A stretch of 64,000 nucleotides of DNA from Oscillospiraceae bacterium Zagget12 (GCA_001941225.1 MSHM01000005.1:106491-170490); one strand, 5' to 3'; shown: positions 41,268 to 51,870, numbered from the stretch's first letter. Notes: generated by a model not told the origin, from the letters alone. Translations and numbers: made by a program.

Positions 41268-42401
41268 TTGGCTGATAAGAGAGATTATTACGAAGTCCTC
41301 GGCGTGCAAAAGGGCGCCTCGGACGATGAAATAAAAAAAGCATTCAGAAAACAGAGCAAAAAATATCACCCCGACCTCAATCCTGGCAATAAAGAGGCGG
41401 AGGAAAAGTTCAAGGAAGTAAACGAGGCATACCAGGTGCTTTCCGATAAGGAGAAACGCTCAAGATACGATCAATTCGGTCATGCCGGCGTTGACCCGAA
41501 TTACGGAGCCGGCGGCTCGGGCGGCTTTAACGGCGCCGGATTCGATTTCGGCGATATATTCGGTGATATATTCGGCGGCGGAGGATTCGGCGGATTTGGC
41601 GGCGGCAGCCGCAGAAACGGTCCGAGACGCGGAAATGATATACGCCAGGTGATAGACATAACCTTTGAAGAGGCTGCGTTTGGCTGCAGTAAAAAATTGA
41701 ACATACAAACTCAGGATAAATGCGATTCGTGCGGAGGCAGCGGAGCAAGGAAAGGTACAACAGCCGAACCCTGCGCGCATTGCCGCGGTACGGGACGCGT
41801 TCAGACTCAGCAGAGAACCATTCTCGGCTATATGACTACGGAAACGACCTGCCCGCAATGCCACGGCGAAGGCAAGATTATAAAAGAACCGTGCCGCGAC
41901 TGCCGCGGAACGGGCAAGGTAAGGAAATCAAAAACTATAGAGGTACAAATTCCGGCGGGTATCGATAACGGTCAAACCATTCAGCTTTCCGGCAGAGGCG
42001 AGGCAGGCGATAAGGGCGGACCGAGCGGTGATTTGCTGCTTACCGTGCGCGTGCGTCCGCATAGTATATTCAAACGCAACGGAAACGATGTGTTTATAGA
42101 TATGCCTATCACGTTCGTGCAGGCGGCGCTCGGCGCGACTGTTCAGGTTCCGACGCTTGACGGATTGGTTGAGCTTAATATTCCGGAGGGAACTCAGACA
42201 GGCTCGCGTTTCAGAATGAAAGGCAAGGGAATAACCGTGCTGCGCAGCAAAACAAGGGGCGACCAATACGTAACCGTAACGGTTGAGGTGCCGAGAAATC
42301 TGACGCCAAGGCAAAAGGAAATTTTACGTGATTTTGACGAGGATAAAAACTATAAGCAGAAAAAGAACTTTTATGAAAAGATAAAGGATTTGTTTAAATA
42401 A
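41268..42401 (+). CDS. dnaJ: Chaperone DnaJ (start TTG 41268 or GTG 41259)
   Basis: DYYEVLG, HPD, G/F-rich region, four CxxCxGxG repeats. Confidence 0.98.
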   Translation: MADKRDYYEVLGVQKGASDDEIKKAFRKQSKKYHPDLNPGNKEAEEKFKEVNEAYQVLSDKEKRSRYDQFGHAGVDPNYGAGGSGGFNGAGFDFGDIFGDIFGGGGFGGFGGGSRRNGPRRGNDIRQVIDITFEEAAFGCSKKLNIQTQDKCDSCGGSGARKGTTAEPCAHCRGTGRVQTQQRTILGYMTTETTCPQCHGEGKIIKEPCRDCRGTGKVRKSKTIEVQIPAGIDNGQTIQLSGRGEAGDKGGPSGDLLLTVRVRPHSIFKRNGNDVFIDMPITFVQAALGATVQVPTLDGLVELNIPEGTQTGSRFRMKGKGITVLRSKTRGDQYVTVTVEVPRNLTPRQKEILRDFDEDKNYKQKKNFYEKIKDLFK

Positions 42402-42423
42402 AGGATAATTTAGGAGGATAATA

Positions 42424-43722
42424 ATGAACCCGAATATTTATGAGCTATCAAAGATGACAAAGGAACAGTACGACTTCATTATGAAACGCGCGGAGCTTGA
42501 CATAACCGAGCAGATGAAGGTTGCCAAGGAGGTTTCCGACGACGTAAGAGCGCGCGGCGACGAGGCGGTTTTGGAGTACACAGCTAAGTTTGACCATGTT
42601 CAGCTTACCGCCGATAAGATGAAGGTTACTCAGGAGGAAATCGACGCCGGATATAACCGCCTTGACAAAGAAACGCGCGAGGCGATAGAGTATGCCTACA
42701 AGAATATTTACGATTTCCACGAGAAACAGCTGCCGGAGGAAATGTGGTTCACAATGGTGGACGACGGACTTATGGTGGGCGAGAAAACAACGCCGATAGT
42801 TGATGTGTGTCTGTACGTTCCGCATGGTAAGGGTTCATTCCCATCAGTGCTTTGTATGTTGGGTATTCCCGCCGTTGTGGCAAAGGTTCCCAAGATTGTC
42901 GTTGTGACTCCTCCGAATGAAAAGGGCGAGGTTGACGACGCAATTCTTTGTGCGGCAAAGATAATCGGCATTACAGAGATTTATAAGGTAGGCGGTATTC
43001 AAGCGGTTGCGGCGGTTGCTTACGGAACCGAAACAATTCCCAAGTGCCACAAAATCATAGGTCCCGGCAACAGCTATGCAACGGCGGCAAAGAGAGTTCT
43101 CGCGAATCATATCGACGCGGGACTTCCGGCGGGACCGAGCGAAATAATCGTGCTTGCGGACGAAAAGGCTGACCCCGAAAAGGTAGCGCTTGACTGGATG
43201 ATTGAGGCGGAGCATGGCCCCGACAGCGCGGCGCTGCTTGTAACGCATTCAAAGGAGCTTGTGGATAAGGTTGTTCCGATTGTAAACAGACAGCTTGAGA
43301 AGATAAGCCCTAAGAGAAAAGAATGGATTGAAACAAACCTCACTACATACGGCGGCGTTATACTTACAAATTCGCTTGACGAGTCGATTGACTTTGTAAA
43401 CGATTACGCGCCCGAGCATATGGAGGTTATGACGGAAAAGCCGTTTGATACTTTACCTAAAATAAAGAATGCAGGCGAAATTCTTCTGGGAGATTACACT
43501 CCCGTAACCTTGTGCAACTTCGTTTTGGGACCGAATGCTATTTTGCCGACGGGCGGTTTCGCAAAGACATATTCGTCCGTATCGGTGCAGGATTTCTTAA
43601 AGCGTTCATCGGTTGGATACGCGTCAAAGGACGGCTTTGAAAATGTAAGAGAATACGCGTACAGATTTGCAAAGGTAGAGGGATTCGATACACACGGATT
43701 GGCAGTGAAAGAGAGAAAGTAA
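42424..43722 (+). CDS. hisD: Histidinol dehydrogenase family protein (divergent active site)
   Basis: GGIQAVAAVAYGTETI, GPGN, AGPSE, EAEHG, APEH, LPTGG; canonical GDY...NH reads CNF...NA. Confidence 0.8.
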   Translation: MNPNIYELSKMTKEQYDFIMKRAELDITEQMKVAKEVSDDVRARGDEAVLEYTAKFDHVQLTADKMKVTQEEIDAGYNRLDKETREAIEYAYKNIYDFHEKQLPEEMWFTMVDDGLMVGEKTTPIVDVCLYVPHGKGSFPSVLCMLGIPAVVAKVPKIVVVTPPNEKGEVDDAILCAAKIIGITEIYKVGGIQAVAAVAYGTETIPKCHKIIGPGNSYATAAKRVLANHIDAGLPAGPSEIIVLADEKADPEKVALDWMIEAEHGPDSAALLVTHSKELVDKVVPIVNRQLEKISPKRKEWIETNLTTYGGVILTNSLDESIDFVNDYAPEHMEVMTEKPFDTLPKIKNAGEILLGDYTPVTLCNFVLGPNAILPTGGFAKTYSSVSVQDFLKRSSVGYASKDGFENVREYAYRFAKVEGFDTHGLAVKERK

Positions 43723-44339
43723 TGGATAAAATAAATGTTACCCGAAAAACAACCGAATCCGAAATGAATGTGACGCTTGATTTTGCGCCGCTTAAAAAGG
43801 ATTACAGAAAATATATAAAAACTCCGATACCGTTTCTCAATCATATGATTGAGCATATAGCGTGGCGCGCCGATGTCAATATCGATGTTGATTTAAAGCT
43901 TGACGAGTTTGTCCTAACTCACGTTATTTGTGAGGATTTGGGAATCGCGCTGGGCAAGGCGGCAAAGGAATATATAGACCGCACGGACGGCGCGAGAGGC
44001 TTTGGCGACGCGATAGGAATTATAGACGAGGCAAAGGCGCAGTGCGCGTTAAGCTTTGAATCGAGAGCATATTGCGATATTGACTATCACGGAATCGAGC
44101 TTGGCGAAAAGGTCGAGGGAATGGACAAAGAGGATTTGGAAACATTCCTTGAGGGATTCGCGCAGGGCGCTATGTGTACACTCCATATTGACCTTTTAAA
44201 GGGACATAACGGACATCATATTTGGGAGGCAATATACCGCGCTTTTGGCAGCGCTCTAAACAGAACGTTTGAGGTAAGCGAGAGCCGCAAGGGAAAGACA
44301 AGCGGCGTCGCGGGAAAGATAGACTGGGTAATAGAATAG
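43722..44339 (+). CDS. hisB: Imidazoleglycerol-phosphate dehydratase family protein (divergent)
   Basis: TRKTTES, FLNHMIE, EDLGIALG, DEA, NGHHIWEA; first HHxxE motif reads HVICE. Confidence 0.8.
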   Translation: MDKINVTRKTTESEMNVTLDFAPLKKDYRKYIKTPIPFLNHMIEHIAWRADVNIDVDLKLDEFVLTHVICEDLGIALGKAAKEYIDRTDGARGFGDAIGIIDEAKAQCALSFESRAYCDIDYHGIELGEKVEGMDKEDLETFLEGFAQGAMCTLHIDLLKGHNGHHIWEAIYRAFGSALNRTFEVSESRKGKTSGVAGKIDWVIE

Positions 44340-44340
44340 C

Positions 44341-44382
44341 AGGGACACTAAATAGGGGACACTAAAATTTAGTGTCCCTTTT
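44341..44382 (+). terminator. Terminator hairpin with duplicated 5' arm
   Basis: GGGACACTAAA occurs twice before TTTAGTGTCCC-TTTT. Confidence 0.65.
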
Positions 44383-44399
44383 ACGGCATAGGAGAATAT

Positions 44400-45428
44400 A
44401 TGAAACTGGCAAAATTTCTGGATAAATATGATACGGTTATATTCGATATGGACGGCGTTATAACAAGCGAACAGAATTACTGGAATTGCGCCGCGCTTAC
44501 GGTGTGGGAATATCTCCATTATACCGGCGGGAAGAAGATAAACTCCGCCGAATGTGCCGAAAATATGGCGCAAATACGAAAAAAGGTTTTTTCAAACGAC
44601 AGCCTTATAAGCGTGTTAAAGGGCAAGGGAGTAAATTCCAACTGGGATTTGGGCTATGTGACCGTTCTAATATCGTGGATATGCGGAGGAAAGGACGGTT
44701 GGGGCGATTTTGACGCGGTGCTGAGATACGCTGAAAATCTGTCCGATAATATAATCGATGAGTACGACAGGCTCGCAAAGCTCTGTCATGAGAAAACCGG
44801 ATTTGATTATAATTGGCTAAGGCGCAACGAGCTTATGTGGCGCACGATGCGGGATATTTTTCAGATGTGGTTTTTGGGTGATGAATTATTCGAGGAAAGA
44901 TTCGGCTACCCGCCCATAAACACAGGCAAGACAGGACTTCTTTACAGGGAGGAGCCTATAGTAAAAAAAGACCGTCTGATACAGGTGCTGCGGCTGCTCG
45001 GCGAAAATAAGCGCGTATGCACCGGTACCGGCAGACCGTATATAGAGATGATACAGCCTGTTACGGATTGGGGAATAAAGCAATATTTTGCCGCTGACGG
45101 CTTGTGCAATTACGACCACGTCGTAGCGGCGGAGCGCTCTCTTTGCAATAACGCGCTTACAAAGCCGCACCCATATATGTTTCTAAAGGCGCTTTACGGC
45201 ACCGATTACGATGATAAAAGGCTTGTAGACGGCGATTACGATAAGGAAAAAATTAAAACAACGCTTGTCGTCGGTGACGCGGGCGCGGATATACTTGCCG
45301 CCAAGGCAATGGGCGCGGATTTCTGCGCTGTGTTGACGGGCATACAAGGGAAAAAGGCAAGACCTTATTTTGAAAGCTTGAACGCCGAATATATTTTAAA
45401 CAGCGTCGAGGATTTTTTGGAGGAATAG
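44400..45428 (+). CDS. HAD-superfamily hydrolase with large cap insertion
   Basis: FDMDGV (motif I), TGR (II), KPHP (III), VGDAGADI (IV). Confidence 0.9.
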   Translation: MKLAKFLDKYDTVIFDMDGVITSEQNYWNCAALTVWEYLHYTGGKKINSAECAENMAQIRKKVFSNDSLISVLKGKGVNSNWDLGYVTVLISWICGGKDGWGDFDAVLRYAENLSDNIIDEYDRLAKLCHEKTGFDYNWLRRNELMWRTMRDIFQMWFLGDELFEERFGYPPINTGKTGLLYREEPIVKKDRLIQVLRLLGENKRVCTGTGRPYIEMIQPVTDWGIKQYFAADGLCNYDHVVAAERSLCNNALTKPHPYMFLKALYGTDYDDKRLVDGDYDKEKIKTTLVVGDAGADILAAKAMGADFCAVLTGIQGKKARPYFESLNAEYILNSVEDFLEE

Positions 45429-45431
45429 CAG

Positions 45432-45983
45432 ATGGAAAAGAGAATAACAACTCCTTTTACGAAGGACAAAATAAAGGATTTAAAGGTAGGCGACAGCGTG
45501 CTTATAACGGGAACCGTGTATACCGCGCGTGATGCGGCACACGAGCGTATGACGGCTGATTTCAAGAACGGAACGGATTTCCCGATTGATTTAAAGGACA
45601 ACGTGATTTATTACGCAGGTCCGTGTCCGGCAAAGCCGGGCGAGGTAATCGGCTCCTGCGGACCGACAACGGCGGGCAGAATGGACGCGTACACGCCTAT
45701 GCTGCTCGATAACGGACTTGGCTGTATGATAGGAAAGGGCGCGAGAAGTAAGGACGTGGTTGACGCGATGAAACGCAACTGCGCCGTGTACCTCGGAGCT
45801 ATCGGCGGCGCGGGCGCGCTGATTGCCGAATCGATAAAGAAAGCGGAGGTAATCGCTTACGACGATTTGGGAACGGAGGCGATACGTCGCCTTGAGGTAG
45901 AGGACTTTCCCGCCGTGGTGCTTATAGACTGCGAGGGAAACGACCTTTATACAATCGGTCAGGCGAAATACAGGGAGATATAA
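45432..45983 (+). CDS. Fe-S fumarate/tartrate hydro-lyase beta subunit
   Basis: TARDAAH, YYAGP, GPTTAGRM, MIGKG, DLGTEAI. Confidence 0.92.
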   Translation: MEKRITTPFTKDKIKDLKVGDSVLITGTVYTARDAAHERMTADFKNGTDFPIDLKDNVIYYAGPCPAKPGEVIGSCGPTTAGRMDAYTPMLLDNGLGCMIGKGARSKDVVDAMKRNCAVYLGAIGGAGALIAESIKKAEVIAYDDLGTEAIRRLEVEDFPAVVLIDCEGNDLYTIGQAKYREI

Positions 45984-46001
45984 AGATAGGAGATAAAAAT
46001 T

Positions 46002-46697
46002 ATGGTAAAAGAAATTGATACTTCCGTAAAAGAGCTTATTTTACAATATTTTAAAGCGTTTTCAAATTTATATGCCATTATTTCTATGAAAAGGGCATTG
46101 AAGATTATAAAAAAGCAAAATCCGCAGCTGTCACTCACGGACGAGGAATTTATAAATTTTGTGGAAAATTATAAAGTCCTCAAGGAGGATCATTTTATTA
46201 TTGTTTATGACGAGGAAATGTACGATGAAAATCCGCCGGAGGAAAAGGACACATTAAAAAAGTTTTTAATAAGCGAATTCCTTTATTCTGTAGATGAGGA
46301 CGCGTATGATGAGATGAAGGATACGCAGGGAGGATTTAGATTTTATGTCCCCGAGCGTGAGGAATTATTGAAATATGCCGATGAATTTTATTATGAAAAG
46401 AATATATATCAGCAACGTATGAAGGACTTTTTGAAAGACGAAATAAAGCTGAATGAACATATTGCGGAGGAGGTTGTTTATGATTGCGTTTTTGCGTTTC
46501 AAAGCTCCACCTTTAATTGTGCAAATATAAGTTTCGTTATTGATGATATGCAAAGAATGTCAGGAAATAAATTCAAGGATTTTAAGAATACCGAGCAAGC
46601 CGAAAAATTTTCCCGCCTATATTACGATATAATCAATCATACAAGAGTGCCTATGTTCAGAGGCTTAACACCGATAGAGGCAAATGAAAAGTTTTGA
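46002..46697 (+). CDS. Hypothetical protein (AT-rich), resembles the body of SEC-C-associated proteins
   Basis: AGGAG RBS; FYVPEREELLKYADEFYYE and C-terminal NHTRVPMFRGLTPIE; no SEC-C motif. Confidence 0.6.
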   Translation: MVKEIDTSVKELILQYFKAFSNLYAIISMKRALKIIKKQNPQLSLTDEEFINFVENYKVLKEDHFIIVYDEEMYDENPPEEKDTLKKFLISEFLYSVDEDAYDEMKDTQGGFRFYVPEREELLKYADEFYYEKNIYQQRMKDFLKDEIKLNEHIAEEVVYDCVFAFQSSTFNCANISFVIDDMQRMSGNKFKDFKNTEQAEKFSRLYYDIINHTRVPMFRGLTPIEANEKF

Positions 46698-46708
46698 ATT
46701 AAAATACG

Positions 46709-46738
46709 AAAAGGACTGCGATTTTTCGCAGTCCTTTT
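46709..46738. terminator. Bidirectional terminator
   Basis: AAAAGGACTGCGA-TTTT-TCGCAGTCCTTTT. Confidence 0.8.
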
Positions 46739-46770
46739 CAACTACTAAAATAACTAAGAAAGAATGAATC

Positions 46771-48852
46771 TTATACCAAATAAAGCAAATCCGTATATGT
46801 CGGGAACGGCCAATCTTCCTTTGCGACAATCGTTTCAAGAGTATCCGCGGTTGCGCGAAGAGCGTCCATTGCCGGAATAACCGTGTTCTTATAATACATA
46901 CCCATATCATAAGCGTCTGCCTCGGGAACTGCTGTAGCCGCGTCGAGAGCGTCGATTTTAGCCATAAGATCCTCGGTAAGAGCTGTAAGTGTCTTAGCCT
47001 TTTCAAGCTCCTTGGGAGCATCAATGCCGAGAGATTTCTTTGACGCAATATCGTCGGTTATAAACTTTGTATACTTCAAGCAAGCCGGAAGAATTTCCTG
47101 CTTAGCCATTTCAAGCATAGTAAGCATTTCAAAATGAAGTGTGTTGTTGTAATCCTCCATCATAATTTCGCCGCGGGTCTTAACCTCTACCTCGGTAAAT
47201 ACGCCCTGCTTTGTGAACAGGTCGATTGACTTCTGAGTAACGAAGTGGGGCATAGCGTCCGGAGTTGTCTTTAGGTTATAAAGACCTCTTCTTTCAGCCT
47301 CCGCAACCCATTCGTCGCTGTAGCCGTTGCCGTTGAAGATGATTCTGTCATGCTCCTTGAAAATCTTGATTGCAAGGTCGAGAGCGTCGTTCGGGAAGTT
47401 AGCGCTGCTCTCAAGCGTATCAGCGATTTCATCAAGAGTTTCCGCAACTATTGTGTTGATAACGATGTTTATACCCGCGATGGACTGTCTTGAACCCGGA
47501 GCGCGGAATTCAAATCTGTTACCCGTAAACGCGAACGGAGAGGTTCTGTTTCTGTCGGTCGAATCCTTTTCGATGTCGGGAAGAGATTCAACGCCTGTTT
47601 CAATTAGCTTACCCTCTTCATATTTAACGCCCTTGCCGCTCTTTAGCTGATCTACCACAGCCGCAAGCTGGTCGCCGAGGTACATTGAAATAATAGCCGG
47701 AGGCGCCTCGTTCGCGCCAAGACGATGGTCGTTGCCCGCCGTAGCGACAGACACTCTTAAGATGTCCGCATAATCGTCAACAGCCTTGATAACGGCGGCA
47801 AGGAACAATAGGAACTGCACATTTTCCTCAGGCTTTTTACCGGGCTTAAGCAAGAGCTCGCCGTCCGATGTACCGATTGACCAGTTGTTGTGCTTACCTG
47901 AGCCGTTGATGCCCTCGTAAGGCTTTTCGTGGAGCAGGCAATACAGACCGTGACGGTCGGCAACCTTCTTTAGAACCTCCATTGTTAGCTGGTTATGATC
48001 CGATGAAATATTTGTAGTCGAGAAAATCGGAGCGATTTCGTGCTGAGCGGGAGCAACCTCGTTATGCTTTGTCTTTGCAAGAACGCCGAGTTTCCACAGC
48101 TCCTCGTCAACCTCCTTCATAAATGTAGCGACTCTCTCCTTAATCTGTCCGAAGTAATGGTCGTCCATTTCCTGACCCTTTGCCGGCTTTGCGCCGAACA
48201 ATGTTCTGCCTGTAAGAAGAAGGTCCTTACGCTGATTTCTGAGTTTCTTGTCTACAAGGAAGTATTCCTGCTCGGGACCTACATAAGCTACAACTCTCTT
48301 GGGATATTTTCCGAACATCGCAAGAACTCTTTTAGCCGCCTTGTCAATAGCCGCCTCACTGCGCAAAAGCGGAGTTTTCTTGTCAAGAACCTCGCCCGTG
48401 TATGACACGAACGATGTGGGGATATACAGTGAATGGTCTTTAATAAACGCGAATGAAGTCGGATCCCATGCCGTATAGCCTCTTGCCTCGAATGTGGCTC
48501 TAAGTCCGCCCGAGGGGAATGACGACGCGTCAGGCTCGCCCATAACAAGCTCCTTGCCCGAGAATTCCATAATAACCGTTCTGTCGTCCGTCGGCTGAAT
48601 GAATGAGTCATGCTTTTCCGCTGTAAGACCTGTCATCGGCTGGAACCAGTGAGTATAATGGGTACAGCCGTTTTCGATAGCCCAGTCCTTCATCGCGTTG
48701 GCAACAACCTCCGCAACCGAAATATCAAGCTTTGTACCGTCGTTAATGGTCTTAACCAGGGATTTATAAATATCCTTCGGCAATCTTGCCTTCATTGTGG
48801 GAAGGTTAAAGACCTTCTCGCCGAAAATTGCTGCTACGTTTCCGTTTTCCAT
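46771..48852 (-). CDS. glnN: Glutamine synthetase type III
   Basis: [76 protein letters not shown]; GGAGG RBS. Confidence 0.96.
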   Translation of the reverse strand: MENGNVAAIFGEKVFNLPTMKARLPKDIYKSLVKTINDGTKLDISVAEVVANAMKDWAIENGCTHYTHWFQPMTGLTAEKHDSFIQPTDDRTVIMEFSGKELVMGEPDASSFPSGGLRATFEARGYTAWDPTSFAFIKDHSLYIPTSFVSYTGEVLDKKTPLLRSEAAIDKAAKRVLAMFGKYPKRVVAYVGPEQEYFLVDKKLRNQRKDLLLTGRTLFGAKPAKGQEMDDHYFGQIKERVATFMKEVDEELWKLGVLAKTKHNEVAPAQHEIAPIFSTTNISSDHNQLTMEVLKKVADRHGLYCLLHEKPYEGINGSGKHNNWSIGTSDGELLLKPGKKPEENVQFLLFLAAVIKAVDDYADILRVSVATAGNDHRLGANEAPPAIISMYLGDQLAAVVDQLKSGKGVKYEEGKLIETGVESLPDIEKDSTDRNRTSPFAFTGNRFEFRAPGSRQSIAGINIVINTIVAETLDEIADTLESSANFPNDALDLAIKIFKEHDRIIFNGNGYSDEWVAEAERRGLYNLKTTPDAMPHFVTQKSIDLFTKQGVFTEVEVKTRGEIMMEDYNNTLHFEMLTMLEMAKQEILPACLKYTKFITDDIASKKSLGIDAPKELEKAKTLTALTEDLMAKIDALDAATAVPEADAYDMGMYYKNTVIPAMDALRATADTLETIVAKEDWPFPTYTDLLYLV

Positions 48853-48928
48853 AATAAAACCTCCTGAATTAAATCTCTGCATTGTTTATGCAGTAAAGTT
48901 AGCTTGGATTAACAATAAGCACTTTATG

Positions 48929-48973
48929 AAAAAAGGGTATTTTATATTTTTACAATATAAAACACCCTTGTCT
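48929..48973 (-). promoter_or_regulatory. Leader attenuator: ANTAR-like hairpin overlapping an intrinsic terminator
   Basis: Minus strand AGAC-AAGGGT-GTTT (6-nt loop, A1/G4) overlaps terminator AAGGGTGTTTTATAT...ATATAAAATACCCTT-TTTT. Confidence 0.65.
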
Positions 48974-49024
48974 TATCTCAATCCAAAATATTGTCAGTTG
49001 AACCCCAACTGTTTTGATATATAC

Positions 49025-49052
49025 ATTATATCACGATTTGATATTTTGTCAA
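49025..49052 (-). promoter_or_regulatory. sigma-A promoter of GS III
   Basis: Minus strand TTGACA, 16 bp, TATAAT with extended -10 TG. Confidence 0.75.
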
Positions 49053-49124
49053 TATGCAAGTTGTAAAAATTAGTGCGGAATAACTTTTGCAAAGTTATGC
49101 AATTTGTTCATCATAAAATCCTCA

Positions 49125-50435
49125 TCACGGGTCGAGGTGGTGAATATCTCTCGGGAATAGGCTTGCCTCGCGAATGTTGCTCAGATTTAGAAGTTTCATT
49201 ACAACGCGTTCAAGACCTATGCCCAGACCGCCGTGCGGCGGCATACCGTATTTGTGGATTTCAAGATATGAGCCTAACTCCTCCGGCTCTATATGGTAAC
49301 GCTTGAGCTTGTCAAGCTGTTCTTGGTAATCGTGTATTCTCTGACCGCCGGTGGTAATTTCAAGACCTCGAAACAGCAGGTCAAAACTTTCCGCAAGCTT
49401 TGGATCGTCCTTTGAATCCATAGCGTAGAACGGACGCTTTAAGCCCGGAAATTTCTCTACGAATATAAATTCGCTGTCAAAGTTTTCCTTTGCGTATTCG
49501 CACAGCTTAACCTCATCTGTCGGGTCGAGGTCAAACTGGTTATGGGATTTGCCCAAAATATCAAGAGCTTCAAAAAATGTTACCGATGGAATGTCCTTTA
49601 TAACCGGCAAAACGGCGTTCAGCATTTTCAGCTCATGGCCGTAGTTCTTTGAAAGATAATCAACCACATATTTAAGCATAGCTGTTTCTGTTTCCATAAC
49701 GTCGTGCATATCGCTGATAAATCCCATTTCAAAGTCAAGACCTATATATTCGTTGAGGTGACGCGTTGAGTTGTGCTTTTCCGCTCTGTATACGGGAGCG
49801 ATTTCAAAAACTCTGTCAAAGAACGCCACGCAGGTCTGCTTGTAAAACTGAGGACTTTGCGCGAGATATGCGTCCTTGTCAAAATATTTCAGCTTGAAAA
49901 TATTCGCGCCGCCCTCCGCGCCCGCGGCAACGATTTTCGGAGTATGAATTTCCGTAAAGTTCTGCGAAAGCATAAACTCCCTAAATCCGGAAACAACGCC
50001 CTCCGCGATTTTAAATACGGCTCTTTGCTCCGGGTGGCGGAGCGCAACGCTCCTGTGAGCCATAGATGTTTCTATTGAGCAGCCGAGTTTTTTGCTTGAA
50101 ACATGGAGAGGATATTCCTCAGCCGGCAGCGAAAGAATTTCAAACGCCGAAAGATTAATTTCGTAGCCGTAATTTGCTCTTTCCTCTTTTTTTACGCCTC
50201 CCGTAATCTTAACGTAAGCGCCCTCGCATACCGCGTCAAAATCGCCCTCGCAGTCATTTGACGTGTATACGGACTGTAGGATATACTTTCCGGTGCGAAG
50301 TATAATAAATGAAAAGCCGCTCATTTTTCTTATTTTATGCACACACGCGCTGAAGGTGATTGTGCCGCCTACCGCTTTTTCGAGGTCATCGAGAGTGACC
50401 TCGCCGATAAGCTGTGAGCCGTCTATTTTCTGCAT
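49125..50435 (-). CDS. aspS: Aspartyl-tRNA synthetase, short archaeal-like non-discriminating type
   Basis: 436 aa without the bacterial GAD insert; LAQSPQFYKQ, YRAEKHNSTRHLNEY, GGQRIH, PPHGGLGIGLER; in operon with gatCAB. Confidence 0.93.
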   Translation of the reverse strand: MQKIDGSQLIGEVTLDDLEKAVGGTITFSACVHKIRKMSGFSFIILRTGKYILQSVYTSNDCEGDFDAVCEGAYVKITGGVKKEERANYGYEINLSAFEILSLPAEEYPLHVSSKKLGCSIETSMAHRSVALRHPEQRAVFKIAEGVVSGFREFMLSQNFTEIHTPKIVAAGAEGGANIFKLKYFDKDAYLAQSPQFYKQTCVAFFDRVFEIAPVYRAEKHNSTRHLNEYIGLDFEMGFISDMHDVMETETAMLKYVVDYLSKNYGHELKMLNAVLPVIKDIPSVTFFEALDILGKSHNQFDLDPTDEVKLCEYAKENFDSEFIFVEKFPGLKRPFYAMDSKDDPKLAESFDLLFRGLEITTGGQRIHDYQEQLDKLKRYHIEPEELGSYLEIHKYGMPPHGGLGIGLERVVMKLLNLSNIREASLFPRDIHHLDP

Positions 50436-50451
50436 AGTAATTCAATCCTCT

Positions 50452-51870
50452 CTATTTTAGTTTTTCGGTCAATACGTCCTTTGCGATTTTCGGGTTCGCA
50501 CCCTTGCCCGCAAGACGTATAACCTGACCCATAAGGAATCCGAAAATCTTTTGATTGCCGTTTTTGTAGCTTTCAACGCTGTCGGCGTTTTCCGCTATAA
50601 CGCGGTTTACTATCTCCTCGATTTCGGACGCGTCATTATCCATAATAAAACCGTTGTTTTTGGCAATTTCCATAGGCTTTCCGCCCTTATCGAACATAAT
50701 CTTCAAAATATCCTTAGCGGCATTCTTTGAAACAACGCCGTCCGTGGACATTTTAACAAGCTCCGCCAAATCGGCGGGGGAGAAAGTGACATCGGAAATC
50801 GTCTTTTCCGATTCGTTTAAGTTTCTGTTCAGCTCGACAAGCATAAGATTTGAAATCTGCTTGTAATCGGGATTAATTTTCACCGCCTCATCATAGAAGT
50901 CCGAAAATTCCTTGCTTGAGATTATAAGGTTTGCATCGTCCGCGGGAAGTCCGTATTCCTCCGTATAGCGCTTAAAGCGCGACTGCGGCATTTCCGGCAT
51001 TGACGCCTTTATTTCCGCTATATCCTCATCGGACAGCCATACCGGCGGAATGTCCGGTTCGGGGAAGTAACGGTAATCGTGAGCCTCTTCCTTGGAGCGG
51101 AGCGCCTTTGTGTCGCCGTGGTTGTCGTTAAAGCGGCGGGTTTCCTGTATAACGGTGCCGCCGTTGTCAAGGATTTCAGCCTGACGGTTTATTTCATATT
51201 CGATTGCGCGTCCGATTGCCTTTACGGAGTTAAGGTTTTTAATTTCGGCGCGCGTTCCGAATTCGGTTGAACCCACCGGCATAATTGAGATATTTACGTC
51301 AACGCGCATTGAGCCTTGCTCCATACGCGCATCGCATACGCCCGCGTATTTTAAGCGGAGCGCGATTTTTTCGACAAAATCCTGAACCTCCTCAACGGAG
51401 CGGAAGTCCGGCTCGGTAACGATTTCTATAAGAGGCACGCCGCAGCGGTTGTAATCCGCCATGGAGATACCCTCGTAATCGTCATGGACGAGCTTGCCTG
51501 CGTCCTCCTCAATATGGATATGATGAATACGCATTTTGTTGCCGTTAAAAACGGTTATATAGCCGCCCGTGGTTATCGGGTGGTCGAACTGCGTAATCTG
51601 GTACGCCTTGGGTAGGTCGGGATAGAAATAATTTTTTCTGTCAAAGGCGCTGTAATTGTTCACTGTGCCGTCCGTTGCAAATCCCGCCTTTGCGGCGAGC
51701 CTTACGGCGTTTTGGTTTATAAGCGGAAGAGTGCCGGGCATACCCGAACAGCGCGGACACACACGCGTATTTTCGCTGCCGCCGAATTCGTTCTGACAGG
51801 TGCAGAAAACCTTTGAATCCGTTTGCAGCTCACAATGAATTTCAAGTCCGATTACCGGTTGATACCTCAT
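50452..51870 (-). CDS. gatB: Asp/Glu-tRNA amidotransferase subunit B
   Basis: IGLEIH, FDRKNYFYPDLPK, EEDAGK, DYRYFPEPD. Confidence 0.97.
   Translation of the reverse strand: MRYQPVIGLEIHCELQTDSKVFCTCQNEFGGSENTRVCPRCSGMPGTLPLINQNAVRLAAKAGFATDGTVNNYSAFDRKNYFYPDLPKAYQITQFDHPITTGGYITVFNGNKMRIHHIHIEEDAGKLVHDDYEGISMADYNRCGVPLIEIVTEPDFRSVEEVQDFVEKIALRLKYAGVCDARMEQGSMRVDVNISIMPVGSTEFGTRAEIKNLNSVKAIGRAIEYEINRQAEILDNGGTVIQETRRFNDNHGDTKALRSKEEAHDYRYFPEPDIPPVWLSDEDIAEIKASMPEMPQSRFKRYTEEYGLPADDANLIISSKEFSDFYDEAVKINPDYKQISNLMLVELNRNLNESEKTISDVTFSPADLAELVKMSTDGVVSKNAAKDILKIMFDKGGKPMEIAKNNGFIMDNDASEIEEIVNRVIAENADSVESYKNGNQKIFGFLMGQVIRLAGKGANPKIAKDVLTEKLK

Noticed and set aside
48974-49015. Second (P1) ANTAR hairpin in the GS III leader
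   Set aside because: The upstream hairpin CAGTTG-GGGTT-CAACTG has a 5-nt loop without the A1/G4 pattern, so it was not counted.
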